The notes: generated by a model from the letters alone, not told the origin. Positions 10,059 to 26,189 are shown, numbered from the stretch's first letter. The stretch is 64,000 nt of DNA from Paucimonas sp. (GCA_031253995.1 JAIRVG010000012.1:10700-74699); one strand, 5' to 3'. Made by a program: numbers and translations.

Positions 10059-10442
10059 ATGAGCGAGTTGCGTTTCACCGAAGATCACGAATGGCTGCGT
10101 GCCGAAGCCGACGGCAGCGTAACCGTGGGCATCACCGCCTTCGCCCAGAACGCGCTGGGTGATGTGGTCTATGTGCAACTGCCGGAACTGCAGCACTACG
10201 CCAAGGGCGCCGAAGCCTCCACCGTGGAATCGGTGAAGGCTGCCAGCGGCGTGTACATGCCGCTGGACGGCGAAGTGGTCGAGGTTAACGGCGACCTGGA
10301 CTCCAACCCCGAGCTGGTCAACGAAGACCCGCTGGGCCAAGGCTGGTTCTTCCGCTTCATCCCGGCCGACGCCGGCGCCGTCGCGCAACTGCTCGACCAG
10401 GACGCCTACGACCGCCTGCTCAACGCCAACGCCGACGCCTGA
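10059..10442 (+). CDS. gcvH: Glycine cleavage system H protein
   Basis: TVESVKAAS lipoyl-lysine motif; [17 protein letters not shown]; GAGGAG RBS. Confidence 0.97.
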   Translation: MSELRFTEDHEWLRAEADGSVTVGITAFAQNALGDVVYVQLPELQHYAKGAEASTVESVKAASGVYMPLDGEVVEVNGDLDSNPELVNEDPLGQGWFFRFIPADAGAVAQLLDQDAYDRLLNANADA

Positions 10443-10452
10443 GGAACCCGCC

Positions 10453-13308
<2,856 letters not shown>

Positions 13309-13316
13309 GTTCGCTT

Positions 13317-13383
13317 GAGGGCCTCATCGCTGCTCCCACACCGCTGAACCTGTGGGAGCTGGCTTGCCAGCGATAGGGCCCTT
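13317..13383. repeat. Inverted REP doublet with a 9-nt deletion in the left copy
   Basis: ATCGCTG[GCAAGCCAG missing]CTCCCACA-spacer-TGTGGGAGCTGGCTTGCCAGCGAT. Confidence 0.85.
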
Positions 13384-13407
13384 GACCACTCCGTAGAGGA
13401 ACCTGCC

Positions 13408-14784
<1,377 letters not shown>

Positions 14785-14809
14785 CATCCCATTGAAACCA
14801 GGAGTCCAC

Positions 14810-15934
14810 ATGTCCACCGAAACACTGCTGAAAACCCCGCTGCACGCCCTGCACCTGGAGCTTGGCGCGCGCATGGTGCCCTTCGCCGGCTACGACATGC
14901 CGGTCCAGTACCCGCTGGGGGTGATGAAGGAGCACCTGCACACCCGCGAGCAGGCCGGCCTGTTCGACGTCTCGCACATGGGCCAGATCCGCCTGCGCGG
15001 CGCCGACGCGGCCAAGGCCCTGGAAACCCTGGTGCCGGTGGACATCATCGACCTGCCGGTCGGCATGCAGCGCTACGCCATGTTCACCAACGAAAACGGC
15101 GGCATCCTGGATGACCTGATGGTCGCCAACCTCGGTGACGGCGAGCTGTTCCTGGTGGTCAACGCCGCCTGCAAGGACCAGGACCTGGCGCACCTGCGCC
15201 AGCACATCGGCGACCAATGCGAGATCGAAGCGCTGTTCGAGGAACGTGCGCTGCTGGCCCTGCAGGGCCCGGCCGCGGTCAAGGTGCTGGAGCGCCTGGC
15301 GCCGCAGGTGGCGAAGATGACCTTCATGCAATTCGCCCCGGTACAACTGCTGGGCGAAGACTGCTACGTCAGCCGCTCCGGCTACACCGGCGAAGACGGC
15401 TACGAAATCTCCGTGCCGGCGCACAAGGCCGAGGCCCTGGCTCGCCGCCTGCTGGAAGAACCGGAAGTGGCCGCCATCGGCCTGGGTGCCCGCGACTCGC
15501 TGCGCCTGGAAGCCGGCCTGTGCCTGTATGGCCATGACATGAATACCGAGACCACCCCGGTGGAGGCCAGCCTGCTCTGGGCCGTGTCCAAGCCTCGCCG
15601 TGCCGATGGCGCGCGCGCCGGCGGTTTCCCGGGTGCTGCGCAGGTCTTCGCCCAGCAACAGGCTGGCGTGGCCCGCAAGCGCGTCGGCCTGCTGCCGCAG
15701 GAGCGTACGCCGGTACGCGAAGGCGCAGAGATCGTCGACGAAGCTGGCCAGGTGATCGGCCAGGTGTGCAGCGGCGGCTTTGGCCCGACGCTCGGCGCTC
15801 CGGTTGCCATGGGCTACCTGGACAGCGCGCACTGCGCCCTCGATACCCCGGTCTGGGCCGTGGTGCGGGGCAAGCGCGTGGCGATGAAGGTCAGCAAGAT
15901 GCCGTTCGTTGCTCAGCGCTACTACCGCGGCTAA
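14810..15934 (+). CDS. gcvT: Glycine cleavage aminomethyltransferase T
   Basis: LFDVSHMGQ, RSGYTGEDGYEI and GLGARDSLRLEAG motifs; AGGAG RBS. Confidence 0.97.
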   Translation: MSTETLLKTPLHALHLELGARMVPFAGYDMPVQYPLGVMKEHLHTREQAGLFDVSHMGQIRLRGADAAKALETLVPVDIIDLPVGMQRYAMFTNENGGILDDLMVANLGDGELFLVVNAACKDQDLAHLRQHIGDQCEIEALFEERALLALQGPAAVKVLERLAPQVAKMTFMQFAPVQLLGEDCYVSRSGYTGEDGYEISVPAHKAEALARRLLEEPEVAAIGLGARDSLRLEAGLCLYGHDMNTETTPVEASLLWAVSKPRRADGARAGGFPGAAQVFAQQQAGVARKRVGLLPQERTPVREGAEIVDEAGQVIGQVCSGGFGPTLGAPVAMGYLDSAHCALDTPVWAVVRGKRVAMKVSKMPFVAQRYYRG

Positions 15935-15945
15935 GCCAAGGACAA

Positions 15946-16013
15946 CAGGTGTCATGGTGCGTTGGGGATATTCGATTTCGAACGCACTGGCACCCATTCG
16001 AACATGACGCCTG
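15946..16013 (+). other. Nested stem-loop in the gcvT 3' UTR
   Basis: CAGGTGTCATG pairs with CATGACGCCTG and encloses GTGCGTT/AACGCAC; G-U pairs favour the plus-strand RNA. Confidence 0.45.
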
Positions 16014-16119
16014 GCGATGCCCGGAAAAAGGGCGTTAAGGAACCGCCGATAATCGCCTAAAAAGCCTAAAAGCTGCGGTCTCCAGGGCTTGTTTTTCCCG
16101 GCGAAGTTAGCGTAGAGTC

Positions 16120-16291
16120 GTTGCACTGTGTTTGCATGGGTCGCGTGGTTAGTGACCTGGAACAGTAGGCTGAGATTCGCTACAACCGTTCGACGTCTCT
16201 TACTTTCCTGCAACCCAGCCCAGTGCTCTTTCATTACAAACCGATGAAAGAAACTGTAATCACAATTCAAGAGTTTCAAAGGGAATAAGAC
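16120..16291 (+). promoter_or_regulatory. Long structured 5' leader of the cold-shock gene
   Basis: Follows a TTGTTT-N18-TAGAGT promoter candidate; hairpins GGTCGC/GTGACC and CTTTCAT/ATGAAAG. Boundaries approximate. Confidence 0.4.
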
Positions 16292-16504
16292 ATGTCTACA
16301 CGTCAGAGCGGTACCGTCAAGTGGTTTAACGACGAGAAAGGTTTCGGTTTCATCACTCCTGAGAGCGGTCCGGATCTGTTCGTACACTTCCGCGCCATCC
16401 AGGGCAACGGTTTCAAATCCCTGAAAGAAGGCCAGAAAGTGACCTTCATCGCCGTGCAAGGCCAGAAAGGCATGCAGGCTGATGAGGTTATCGCTGAAGC
16501 CTAA
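16292..16504 (+). CDS. Cold-shock protein (CspA family)
   Basis: [15 protein letters not shown] (RNP1) and LFVHFRAI (RNP2); 70 aa. Confidence 0.97.
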   Translation: MSTRQSGTVKWFNDEKGFGFITPESGPDLFVHFRAIQGNGFKSLKEGQKVTFIAVQGQKGMQADEVIAEA

Positions 16505-16520
16505 GTCTTCGCGATCCCCG

Positions 16521-16553
16521 AAAAGCCCCTGTCAATGACAGGGGCTTTTTTTT
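16521..16553 (+). terminator. Rho-independent terminator
   Basis: AAAAGCCCCTGTC-AAT-GACAGGGGCTTTTTTTT. Confidence 0.9.
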
Positions 16554-16601
16554 GCGCGCAATTCCGTAGAATGCACGCTTTTGCGCCAGGAGCTTCACTC
16601 G

Positions 16602-17090
16602 ATGCCGAAACCACTGCTCCAGCCACAGGGCGACTTCCCGGTTGCCGGACTGGGCCGCCGCTTTGCGGCGATGTTCTATGACTTTTTGCTCTGCACTGCC
16701 CTGCTCATGGTGACCACGCTGGTCTACAAGATGATCCAGATGGCGTTCATCGGTGAAACGCGGATGCGCGCCTTGACCGAAGCCGGCGCCCTCGATGGTG
16801 ATCCGCTGCTGTCGACGATCCTGGTGTTCGCCCTGTTCGGCTTCTTTGCCAAGTTCTGGACCCATGGCGGCCAGACCCTGGGCATGCAGGTCTGGGGCGT
16901 GCGGGTGCAGAACGCCGACGGTAGCGCAATCAGCCTGTGGCAGGCGCTGCTGCGCTTCGTCATCTCGATCGGTTCGTGGCTGTGCCTGGGGCTGGGGTTC
17001 TTCTGGGTGTTGATCGACAAGCGCAAGCGCAGCTGGCATGACATGTATTCGGAAACGCAGTTGGTGCGGGTTCCCAAGCGCAAGAAGTGA
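16602..17090 (+). CDS. RDD family membrane protein
   Basis: RRFAAMFYD, GQTLGM and SWHD motifs; AGGAG RBS. Confidence 0.9.
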   Translation: MPKPLLQPQGDFPVAGLGRRFAAMFYDFLLCTALLMVTTLVYKMIQMAFIGETRMRALTEAGALDGDPLLSTILVFALFGFFAKFWTHGGQTLGMQVWGVRVQNADGSAISLWQALLRFVISIGSWLCLGLGFFWVLIDKRKRSWHDMYSETQLVRVPKRKK

Positions 17091-17101
17091 TGTTGTTCTT
17101 T

Positions 17102-17137
17102 CGGGCCTGATCGCTGGCAAGCCAGCGATCAGGCCCG
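17102..17137. repeat. Collapsed REP doublet (perfect palindrome)
   Basis: CGGGCCTGATCGCTGGC-AA-GCCAGCGATCAGGCCCG; the core equals the REP inner palindrome with CGAT tails on both sides. Confidence 0.8.
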
Positions 17138-17153
17138 CACTGACAACAGAAAT

Positions 17154-17185
17154 GAAAAAGCCGACCTCAATGGGTCGGCTTTTTC
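17154..17185. terminator. Bidirectional intrinsic terminator
   Basis: GAAAAAGCCGACC...GGTCGGCTTTTTC between convergent RDD and lptG. Confidence 0.85.
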
Positions 17186-17203
17186 ACATCTACAGGAAAC
17201 GGT

Positions 17204-18265
17204 TCAACCCGCCCTGCGCAACAACCACAGCCCCGCCAGCGCACAGATCCCCGCCGGCAGCAGCACCGCCAGCAGCGGCGGGAAGCCGAACACCTGGCTC
17301 GACGGCCCCAGCAGATCCTGGGCAATGCGGAACACGAAGCCCACCAGCACGCCAGTGAACACCCGCTGACCCAGGGTCACCGAACGCAGCGGGCCGAAGA
17401 TGAACGAGATCGCCATCAATACCAGCGCCGCCGTCACCAGTGGCTGCAGGACCTTGGTCCAGAACGCCAGCCAGTAGCGATCGTTGTTCAGGCCCTGGTC
17501 GGACAGGTAGTGGATGTAGTCCCACAACCCGGTGATCGACAGCGATTCCGGCGCCATCACCACGGTATTCAGCAGTTGCGGGGTCAGGGCGACGTCCCAG
17601 CGCTCTTCTGCAGTCTTCACCACTTCAGTGTGGTCACCACGGAACAGGGTGGTGGTGACGTCGGTGAGCAGCCAGTGATCCTGTTGGTACTGGGCGCGGC
17701 GGGCAAAGCTGGACGACTGCATGTGCCGCTCGCTGTCGAAGCGATAACGGGTCACACCCAGCATCAGGCCATTCGGCTGCACGGTGTTGATGTGCACGAA
17801 CTCCTCGCCCTGGCGGTGCCACAGTCCGCGCTTGGAGGTCTGCGCCTCGCCACCGCCCTGGGCCAGGGAACGATCGGCCTGGGCCTTGTTCTCGGTCACC
17901 GGGGCGACGTACTCGCCGATCAGCACGCCAGCCAGCATCAGCACCAGCATGGGCTTCATCACCGCCCAGACGATACGGCCGATGGACACGCCGGCGGCGC
18001 GCATGATGGTCAGCTCGCTGTTGCTGGCCAGGCTGCCGAGGCCGATCAGGCAGCCGATCAGGCCCGCCATCGGCAGCATGTCGTAGAGGCGCCGCGGCGC
18101 GGTCAGTGCCACGAACTGGCCGGCATCCCACAGGGTGTAGGTGTCGCTGATGTCGCCCATCTCGTCGATGAAGGCGAACAGCGACGCCAGGCCGAGAATG
18201 ATCCCCAGCACGGCGAGGATCGCCATGAACACACTGCTGCCGATGTAACCGTCGAGCTTACGCAC
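17204..18265 (-). CDS. lptG: LPS export ABC permease LptG
   Basis: YjgP/Q family with SELTIMRAAGVS motif; GTG start overlapping the lptF stop region. Confidence 0.93.
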   Translation of the reverse strand: MRKLDGYIGSSVFMAILAVLGIILGLASLFAFIDEMGDISDTYTLWDAGQFVALTAPRRLYDMLPMAGLIGCLIGLGSLASNSELTIMRAAGVSIGRIVWAVMKPMLVLMLAGVLIGEYVAPVTENKAQADRSLAQGGGEAQTSKRGLWHRQGEEFVHINTVQPNGLMLGVTRYRFDSERHMQSSSFARRAQYQQDHWLLTDVTTTLFRGDHTEVVKTAEERWDVALTPQLLNTVVMAPESLSITGLWDYIHYLSDQGLNNDRYWLAFWTKVLQPLVTAALVLMAISFIFGPLRSVTLGQRVFTGVLVGFVFRIAQDLLGPSSQVFGFPPLLAVLLPAGICALAGLWLLRRAG

Positions 18266-19373
18266 GGGCCACCTCCGCACGACGCGCGCTCAGTTTCAGG
18301 CGCAGCGGCTCCCAGTACATCAGCCCAAGGCCGATCACCAGGAACAGCGCGTGCACCGGCCACAGGCCCAGGGCCAGCGGGATCTTGCCTTTTTCCAGGG
18401 CGCCGCGGGCGGCAATCAGAATCGTCAGGTAGGCCATATACAGGAGAATCGCCGGCAGCAGCTTGAGGAAACGGCCCTGGCGCGGGTTGACCCGCGACAG
18501 CGGCACCGCCATCAGGGTAACGATGAACACCAGCAGCGGCAGCGACAGGCGCCACTGCAGCTCGGCACGCTCACGCGGGGCATCGCTCTTGAACAGCTCG
18601 GAGGTCGGGATGGCTTCGCGCTCGGTGATGTCCTGGCTGACTTCCGGCTTGGGCAGCAGCACGCCGTAGGTGTCGTACTTGATCGCCCGGTAGTCGGCCT
18701 GGCCCGGGTTGCCATCGTAGCGGTAGCCGTTTTCCAGGATCAGGTAGCGGTTGCCGTCGGCCTGCACTTCCTGGCGGCCCTTCTCGGCCACCAGCACGCT
18801 GATGCCACGGTCCTTGCTCTTGTCGCTGTTGAAGCGTTTCTCGGAAATGAACACGCCACCCAGGTTGGCGCGGTCATCGGACAGCTGCTCGGTGTAGGTC
18901 ACCCGGGTGCCATCGCGCAAGGTCTGGAAACGGCCCGGCACCAGGGTGTCGAACTCGGTCAGGGCGTCCTGCTGGTTGATGATCCGGGCAACCTGGGCAA
19001 CGCCCTGCGGCGCCAGGCTCAGGCTCAGCCAGGCGACGATCAGCGCAACCAGCGCGGCCGGGGCCATGGTCATGCGCAGCAGGCGTTGCTGGCTCATGCC
19101 GGTGGCGGACAGCACGGTCATCTCGCTTTCGAGGTACAGGCGACCGTAGGCCAGCAGGATGCCGAGGAACAGCCCCAGCGGCAGGATCAGCTGCAGGAAG
19201 CCCGGCAGCCGGTAGCCCATGATCATGAACAGCACGCCCGGATCGAGCATGCCCTGTGCGGCCTGGGCCAGGTATTTGATGAAGCGCCCGCTCATGATGA
19301 TCACCAGCAGCACGGCGCTGACGGCACTCAAGGTCACCAGGACCTCGCGGGACAGATAACGGAAGACGATCAA
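18258..19373 (-). CDS. lptF: LPS export ABC permease LptF
   Basis: IVFRYLSREV, ESEMTVLSATG and PRQGRF motifs. The TTG start is better spaced from AGGAG than the GTG at 19382. Confidence 0.93.
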   Translation of the reverse strand: MIVFRYLSREVLVTLSAVSAVLLVIIMSGRFIKYLAQAAQGMLDPGVLFMIMGYRLPGFLQLILPLGLFLGILLAYGRLYLESEMTVLSATGMSQQRLLRMTMAPAALVALIVAWLSLSLAPQGVAQVARIINQQDALTEFDTLVPGRFQTLRDGTRVTYTEQLSDDRANLGGVFISEKRFNSDKSKDRGISVLVAEKGRQEVQADGNRYLILENGYRYDGNPGQADYRAIKYDTYGVLLPKPEVSQDITEREAIPTSELFKSDAPRERAELQWRLSLPLLVFIVTLMAVPLSRVNPRQGRFLKLLPAILLYMAYLTILIAARGALEKGKIPLALGLWPVHALFLVIGLGLMYWEPLRLKLSARRAEVARA

Positions 19374-19499
19374 ACCAGACACTCCTGGGTTGTCAGGCTC
19401 GGACAGCCAAACAAGGGAAACGTTGCAACCAACAAGAAGATAGTTGCCGGTGCGTCAATGCACCCGGACTTCGAAGTGCGCGCATTATCCTGTGATTGA

Positions 19500-21158
<1,659 letters not shown>

Positions 21159-21199
21159 CCGGATGCCGGTCGGTCCCGTGACCGGCCGGCGACTGCCTC

Positions 21200-21628
21200 A
21201 TGAGCCAAGTCGACTTCTACATCCTGCCCACGCCCTCGCCGGCCGCGCGCCTGGACTTCGCCTGCAAGCTCTGCGAAAAGGCCTGGCGCCTCGGGCACCG
21301 GGTCTACCTGAACTGCAGCGACGCCGCCCAGCGCGATGAGCTGGACGCCCGCCTCTGGGCGTTCAAGGGCGAGGCCTTCGTGCCCCACAGCCACGCCGAG
21401 GCCGATGCCGCGGCGGCGGTGGCCCTGGGCATCGGCGACAACCCCGGCGAACACCAGGACCTGCTGGTCAATCTCGACCTCAAGGTGCCGCCGTTCGCCG
21501 CGCGCTTCGCCCGCATCGCCGAGATCGTGGTCGAAGATCCGGCGATCCGCCAGGCGACCCGAGAGAGTTTCCGCTTCTACCGCGAACAGGGCTATGCTCT
21601 GCAAGATCACCGCTTACAGCGATTCTGA
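21200..21628 (+). CDS. holC: DNA polymerase III chi subunit
   Basis: VDFYIL, LDARLW...FVPH and RESFRFYREQG motifs; follows pepA. Confidence 0.95.
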   Translation: MSQVDFYILPTPSPAARLDFACKLCEKAWRLGHRVYLNCSDAAQRDELDARLWAFKGEAFVPHSHAEADAAAAVALGIGDNPGEHQDLLVNLDLKVPPFAARFARIAEIVVEDPAIRQATRESFRFYREQGYALQDHRLQRF

Positions 21629-21633
21629 CGACG

Positions 21634-21999
21634 ATGGACAAACGCCCGCCCCTGCCCCAATCCGCCCATCTGCTGGACGACCTGGAGTCGATCCGCCAGT
21701 TGCTGGGTGATGAAACCCTGCAACCGCCCCTGCTGACCGACACCGTGGAAGAACAGATCCCGCTGCTGCTGGAACCTGCCGACGACCTCGCGCCAGCCGC
21801 CCCTGCCGCCGCGCCGGTGGAAGAAGTCGACCCGCAGACCCGTCGCCAGGACACCCTGCTGCACCTGGACGCCGAGTTGCGAGCGGCGGCGCAGTTGATC
21901 ATGCAGGACGTGATCGACGATTTCGCCCCGCATATCGAGAACGAGATCAAGCGCCGCCTCGACGCCCGCCTCGAACGCCTGCTCAACCAGTCTTCCTGA
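21634..21999 (+). CDS. Conserved hypothetical protein with PopZ-like architecture
   Basis: 121 aa: N-terminal helix LLDDLESIRQLLGDE, acidic Pro/Ala-rich linker, C-terminal amphipathic helices. The ORF is solid; the PopZ link is inference. Confidence 0.75.
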   Translation: MDKRPPLPQSAHLLDDLESIRQLLGDETLQPPLLTDTVEEQIPLLLEPADDLAPAAPAAAPVEEVDPQTRRQDTLLHLDAELRAAAQLIMQDVIDDFAPHIENEIKRRLDARLERLLNQSS

Positions 22000-22028
22000 G
22001 CTACTCCAGCCTGAAGGCCTGCACAGGA

Positions 22029-22121
22029 CCCTGTGGGAGCTGGCTTGCCAGCGATTTGGCCAGACCTGACAACATCATTGCCCTTGCCGGCCTCATCGCT
22101 GGCAAGCCAGCTCCCACAGGG
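22029..22121. repeat. REPIN (inverted REP doublet, GTGGGAG ends outward)
   Basis: CCCTGTGGGAGCTGGCTTGCCAGCGAT-spacer-ATCGCTGGCAAGCCAGCTCCCACAGGG. Confidence 0.9.
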
Positions 22122-22218
22122 GTTATGTGTTGCCCGCACCCTGCTTATCGCCTCAACCCCCCGCCTCCGTTATACTTCCCGGCTTTCCCGAATAAATGCC
22201 ATAGGGTCCCCCCGCGCA

Positions 22219-25065
22219 ATGGATAAGACCTACCAGCCGCACGCCATCGAAACTTCCTGGTACAACACCTGGGAGTCCGAGAATTACTTCGCCCCGCAAG
22301 GTGCAGGCGAGTCGTACACCATCATGATCCCGCCGCCGAACGTCACCGGCAGCCTGCACATGGGTCACGGCTTCAACAACGCGATCATGGACGCCCTGAT
22401 CCGTTTCCGCCGCATGCAAGGGCGCAACACCCTGTGGCAGCCGGGTACCGACCACGCCGGTATCGCCACCCAGATGCTGGTGGAGCGCCAGCTCGAAGCC
22501 AAGGGCCAGAACCGTCACGACCTGGGCCGCGAGAAGTTCCTGGAAAAGGTCTGGGAATGGAAGGATCAATCGGGTGGCAACATCAGCCGCCAGATCCGCC
22601 GCCTTGGCTCTTCCGTGGACTGGAGCCGCGAGCGCTTCACCATGGACGACGGCCTGTCCGAAGCGGTCAAGGAAGCCTTCGTGCGCCTGCATGAAGACGG
22701 CCTGATCTACCGCGGCAAGCGCCTGGTCAACTGGGACACCAAGCTGCACACGGCCATCTCCGACCTCGAAGTGGAAAACCACGACGAGAAGGGCCACCTG
22801 TGGAACCTGCGCTACCCGCTGGCCGACGGCGCGAAAACCGCCGAGGGCAAGGACTACCTGGTGGTCGCCACCACCCGTCCGGAAACCATGCTGGGCGACG
22901 CCGCCGTCGCGGTGAACCCGAACGACGAGCGCTACCAGGCCCTGATCGGCAAGTTCGTCGAGCTGCCGCTGGTCGGTCGCCGCATCCCGATCATCGCCGA
23001 CGACTACTGCGACCCCGAGTTCGGTACCGGCTGCGTGAAGATCACCCCGGCCCACGACTTCAACGACTATGAAGTCGGCAAGCGCCACAGCCTGCCGCTG
23101 CTGAACATCTTCGACAAGAACGCCATGGTCCTGGCGGCCGCCCAGGTGTTCAACCTCGACGGCAGCGTCAACGAAGCCATCGACGGCAGCCTGCCGGAGA
23201 AGTACGCCGGTCTCGACCGCTTCGTCGCGCGCAAGCAGATCGTCGCCGACTTCGACGCCCTGGGCCTGCTGGTCAGCGTCGACGACCACGCCTTGAAAGT
23301 GCCGAAGGGCGACCGCTCCGGCACCGTCATCGAGCCGTGGCTGACCGACCAGTGGTACGTCTCCACCAAGCCGCTGGCCGAACCTGCCATCGCCGCCGTT
23401 GAAGACGGCCGCATCCAGTTCGTGCCCAAGCAGTACGAGAACATGTACTTCTCCTGGATGCGCGACATCCAGGACTGGTGCATCAGCCGCCAGCTGTGGT
23501 GGGGCCACCGCATCCCGGCCTGGTACGACGAGTCCGGCAAGGTCTACGTCGGCCGCAGCGAGGAAGAAGTCCGGGCGAAGAACAATCTCGGCGCCGATGT
23601 CGTCCTGAACCAGGACAACGACGTCCTCGACACCTGGTTCAGCTCCGGCCTGTGGACCTTCTCCACCCTCGGCTGGCCGCAGCAGACCGAATTCCTCAAG
23701 ACCTTCCACTCCACCGACGTGCTGGTCACCGGCTTCGACATCATCTTCTTCTGGGTCGCCCGGATGATCATGCTGACCATGCACCTGGTGAAGAACGAGG
23801 ACGGCACCCCGCAGGTTCCGTTCAAGACCGTGTACGTCCACGGCCTGGTCCGCGACGGCCAAGGCCAGAAGATGTCCAAGTCCAAGGGCAACGTCCTCGA
23901 CCCGCTGGACATCGTCGACGGCATCACCCTCGACGCCCTGCTGGAAAAACGCACCAGCGGCATGATGCAGCCCAAGCTGGCCGAGAAGATCGCCAAGCAG
24001 ACCAAGGCCGAATTCCCCGAAGGCATTGCCAGCTACGGCACCGACGCCCTGCGCTTCACCTTCTGCTCGCTGGCGTCCACCGGTCGCGACATCAAGTTCG
24101 ACATGGGCCGCGTCGAAGGCTACCGCAACTTCTGCAACAAGATCTGGAACGCCGCCCGCTACGTGCTGGACAAGGGCGAGGACTGCGGCCAGAACGGCGA
24201 GGCCTACGAGCTGTCGCTGGCCGACCGCTGGATCATCTCGCAGCTGCAGCGCACCGAAGCCGAAGTGACCCGCCAGCTGGAGCAGTTCCGCTTCGACCTG
24301 GCTGCCCAGGCCCTGTACGAGTTCATCTGGAACCAGTACTGCGACTGGTACCTGGAACTGTCCAAGCCGGTGCTGTGGGACGAGAACGCCCCGGTCGAGC
24401 GCGCCCGCGGCACCCGTCGTACCCTGGTGCGCGTGCTGGAAGTGGCGCTGCGCCTGGCCCATCCGTTCATGCCGTTCATCACCGAAGAGATCTGGCAGCG
24501 CCTGGCGCCACTGGCCGGCATCGATGGCAAGACCATCATGCTGCAGCCATGGCCTGAAGCGAACGACAGCCGCATCGACGCCGCTGCCGAAAGCGACATC
24601 GAGTGGGTCAAGGAGCTGATGCTGGGCGTGCGCAACATCCGCGCCGAGATGAACATCGGTCCGGGCAAGCCGCTGCAGCTGTTCCTGAAGAACGCCACTG
24701 CCGAAGACCAGCGTCGCCTCGGCGAGAACGAAGCGCTGCTGAAGAAGCTGGCGAAGATCGAGTCGTTCACCGTGCTCGCCGAACAGGACGAAGCCCCGCT
24801 CAGCGCCACCGCGCTGGTGGGCGACCTGCAAGTGCTGGTGCCGATGGCCGGCCTGATCGACAAGGACGCCGAGCTGGCGCGCCTGAACAAGGAAATCCAG
24901 CGTCTGCAAGGCGAAGTCCAGCGTGTCGGCGGCAAGCTGTCCAACGCCGCCTTCGTCGACAAGGCCCCACCGGCCGTGATCGACAAGGAACGCGCCAAGC
25001 TGGCCGAGGCCGAACAGGCCCTGGCCAACTTCACCGAGCAGCACGCGCGGATCGCCGCCCTTTAA
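22219..25065 (+). CDS. valS: Valine--tRNA ligase
   Basis: [13 protein letters not shown] and KMSKS motifs; C-terminal coiled coil. A TATACT -10 candidate lies at 22171-22176. Confidence 0.98.
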   Translation: MDKTYQPHAIETSWYNTWESENYFAPQGAGESYTIMIPPPNVTGSLHMGHGFNNAIMDALIRFRRMQGRNTLWQPGTDHAGIATQMLVERQLEAKGQNRHDLGREKFLEKVWEWKDQSGGNISRQIRRLGSSVDWSRERFTMDDGLSEAVKEAFVRLHEDGLIYRGKRLVNWDTKLHTAISDLEVENHDEKGHLWNLRYPLADGAKTAEGKDYLVVATTRPETMLGDAAVAVNPNDERYQALIGKFVELPLVGRRIPIIADDYCDPEFGTGCVKITPAHDFNDYEVGKRHSLPLLNIFDKNAMVLAAAQVFNLDGSVNEAIDGSLPEKYAGLDRFVARKQIVADFDALGLLVSVDDHALKVPKGDRSGTVIEPWLTDQWYVSTKPLAEPAIAAVEDGRIQFVPKQYENMYFSWMRDIQDWCISRQLWWGHRIPAWYDESGKVYVGRSEEEVRAKNNLGADVVLNQDNDVLDTWFSSGLWTFSTLGWPQQTEFLKTFHSTDVLVTGFDIIFFWVARMIMLTMHLVKNEDGTPQVPFKTVYVHGLVRDGQGQKMSKSKGNVLDPLDIVDGITLDALLEKRTSGMMQPKLAEKIAKQTKAEFPEGIASYGTDALRFTFCSLASTGRDIKFDMGRVEGYRNFCNKIWNAARYVLDKGEDCGQNGEAYELSLADRWIISQLQRTEAEVTRQLEQFRFDLAAQALYEFIWNQYCDWYLELSKPVLWDENAPVERARGTRRTLVRVLEVALRLAHPFMPFITEEIWQRLAPLAGIDGKTIMLQPWPEANDSRIDAAAESDIEWVKELMLGVRNIRAEMNIGPGKPLQLFLKNATAEDQRRLGENEALLKKLAKIESFTVLAEQDEAPLSATALVGDLQVLVPMAGLIDKDAELARLNKEIQRLQGEVQRVGGKLSNAAFVDKAPPAVIDKERAKLAEAEQALANFTEQHARIAAL

Positions 25066-25070
25066 GCGAC

Positions 25071-25157
25071 GCAGACCTTGTGGGAGCTGGCTTGCCAGCG
25101 ATGACGATAGTGAATTCACCATCGCAATCGCTGGCAAGCCAGCTCCCACAGGTCTGC
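25071..25157. repeat. REPIN forming a near-complete hairpin
   Basis: GCAGACC-TTGTGGGAGCTGGCTTGCCAGCGAT-GACGATAGTGAATTCACCATCGCA-ATCGCTGGCAAGCCAGCTCCCACA-GGTCTGC. Spacer and flanks are also self-complementary. Confidence 0.92.
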
Positions 25158-25190
25158 GGCAAGCCAACAAATCATGCGGTAATCCTTGAG

Positions 25191-25210
25191 AGCGGGCCTG
25201 GCCCGCTTTT
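25191..25210 (+). terminator. Possible intrinsic terminator after valS
   Basis: AGCGGG-CCTGG-CCCGCT-TTT, only a few nt upstream of the rlmF start. Confidence 0.4.
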
Positions 25211-25216
25211 GTATTC

Positions 25217-26170
25217 ATGACCATGAACAAACCCACCCTGCACCCCCGCAACCGCCACCAAGGCCGCTACGACTTCCCGCAGCTGATCAAGAGCAGCCCG
25301 GAACTGGCGCGTTTCACCATCACCAATCCCTACGGCAAGCCGAGCATCGACTTCGCCGACCCGGAAGCGGTGCGGGTGTTCAACCGGGCGCTGCTCAAGG
25401 CCCAGTACGGCATCCAGTTCTGGGATATCCCCGCCGACTACCTGTGCCCGCCGATCCCAGGCCGTGCCGACTACCTGCACGCCCTGGCCGACCTGCTGGC
25501 CGAGGAAAACGGCGGGGAAATCCCCCGGGGTGCGCAGGTCCAGGCGCTGGATATCGGCGTCGGTGCCAACTGCATCTACCCGCTGTTGGGCAATGCGGAT
25601 TACCGCTGGCGCTTCGCCGGCTCGGACATCGACCCGGTGGCACTGGCGTCAGCCAAGGCCATCGTCCAGGCCAACCGCCTCGACAAGTTCATCAGCCTGC
25701 GCCAGCAGGGCAATCGCAAGCACATCCTCACCGGCCTGCTGGCCGCCGAGGAGCGCTTCGACCTGACCCTGTGCAACCCGCCCTTCCACGCCTCGCGCGA
25801 GGAAGCCACCCGCGGCAGCCAGCGTAAATGGCGCGCCCTGGGCAAGGCCGATCCCAAGCGCAAGCTGCCGGTGCTGAACTTTGGCGGGCAGAACAACGAA
25901 CTGTGGTGCGAAGGCGGCGAGATCCGCTTCGTCACCCAACTGGTGCAGGAGAGCAAGGCGCTGGGCCAGCAAGTGCTGTGGTTCAGCAGCCTGGTGTCGA
26001 AAGCCTCCAACCTGCCCGGTATCGAGGCGGCGCTGAAGAAGGCCGGGGCGGTCGAGCAGCGGGTGCTGGAGATGGGCCAGGGACAGAAGCAGAGCCGCCT
26101 GGTGGCCTGGACCTTCCAGGACGCACAGGCGCGCCAGCAATGGTGCCAGCAACGCTTCCACGGCAAGTGA
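25217..26170 (+). CDS. rlmF: 23S rRNA m6A1618 methyltransferase
   Basis: [39 protein letters not shown] and CNPPF motifs. Confidence 0.95.
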   Translation: MTMNKPTLHPRNRHQGRYDFPQLIKSSPELARFTITNPYGKPSIDFADPEAVRVFNRALLKAQYGIQFWDIPADYLCPPIPGRADYLHALADLLAEENGGEIPRGAQVQALDIGVGANCIYPLLGNADYRWRFAGSDIDPVALASAKAIVQANRLDKFISLRQQGNRKHILTGLLAAEERFDLTLCNPPFHASREEATRGSQRKWRALGKADPKRKLPVLNFGGQNNELWCEGGEIRFVTQLVQESKALGQQVLWFSSLVSKASNLPGIEAALKKAGAVEQRVLEMGQGQKQSRLVAWTFQDAQARQQWCQQRFHGK

Positions 26171-26189
26171 AGGACAATCTGCAGGCATG

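Noticed and set aside
22153-25251. Very long antisense ORFs (1032 aa opposite valS; likewise opposite gcvP, yhdP, arcA, gcsR, rng and others)
   Set aside because: They mirror well-supported genes on the other strand. High GC3 codon bias removes antisense stop codons, and they show no motifs or RBS.
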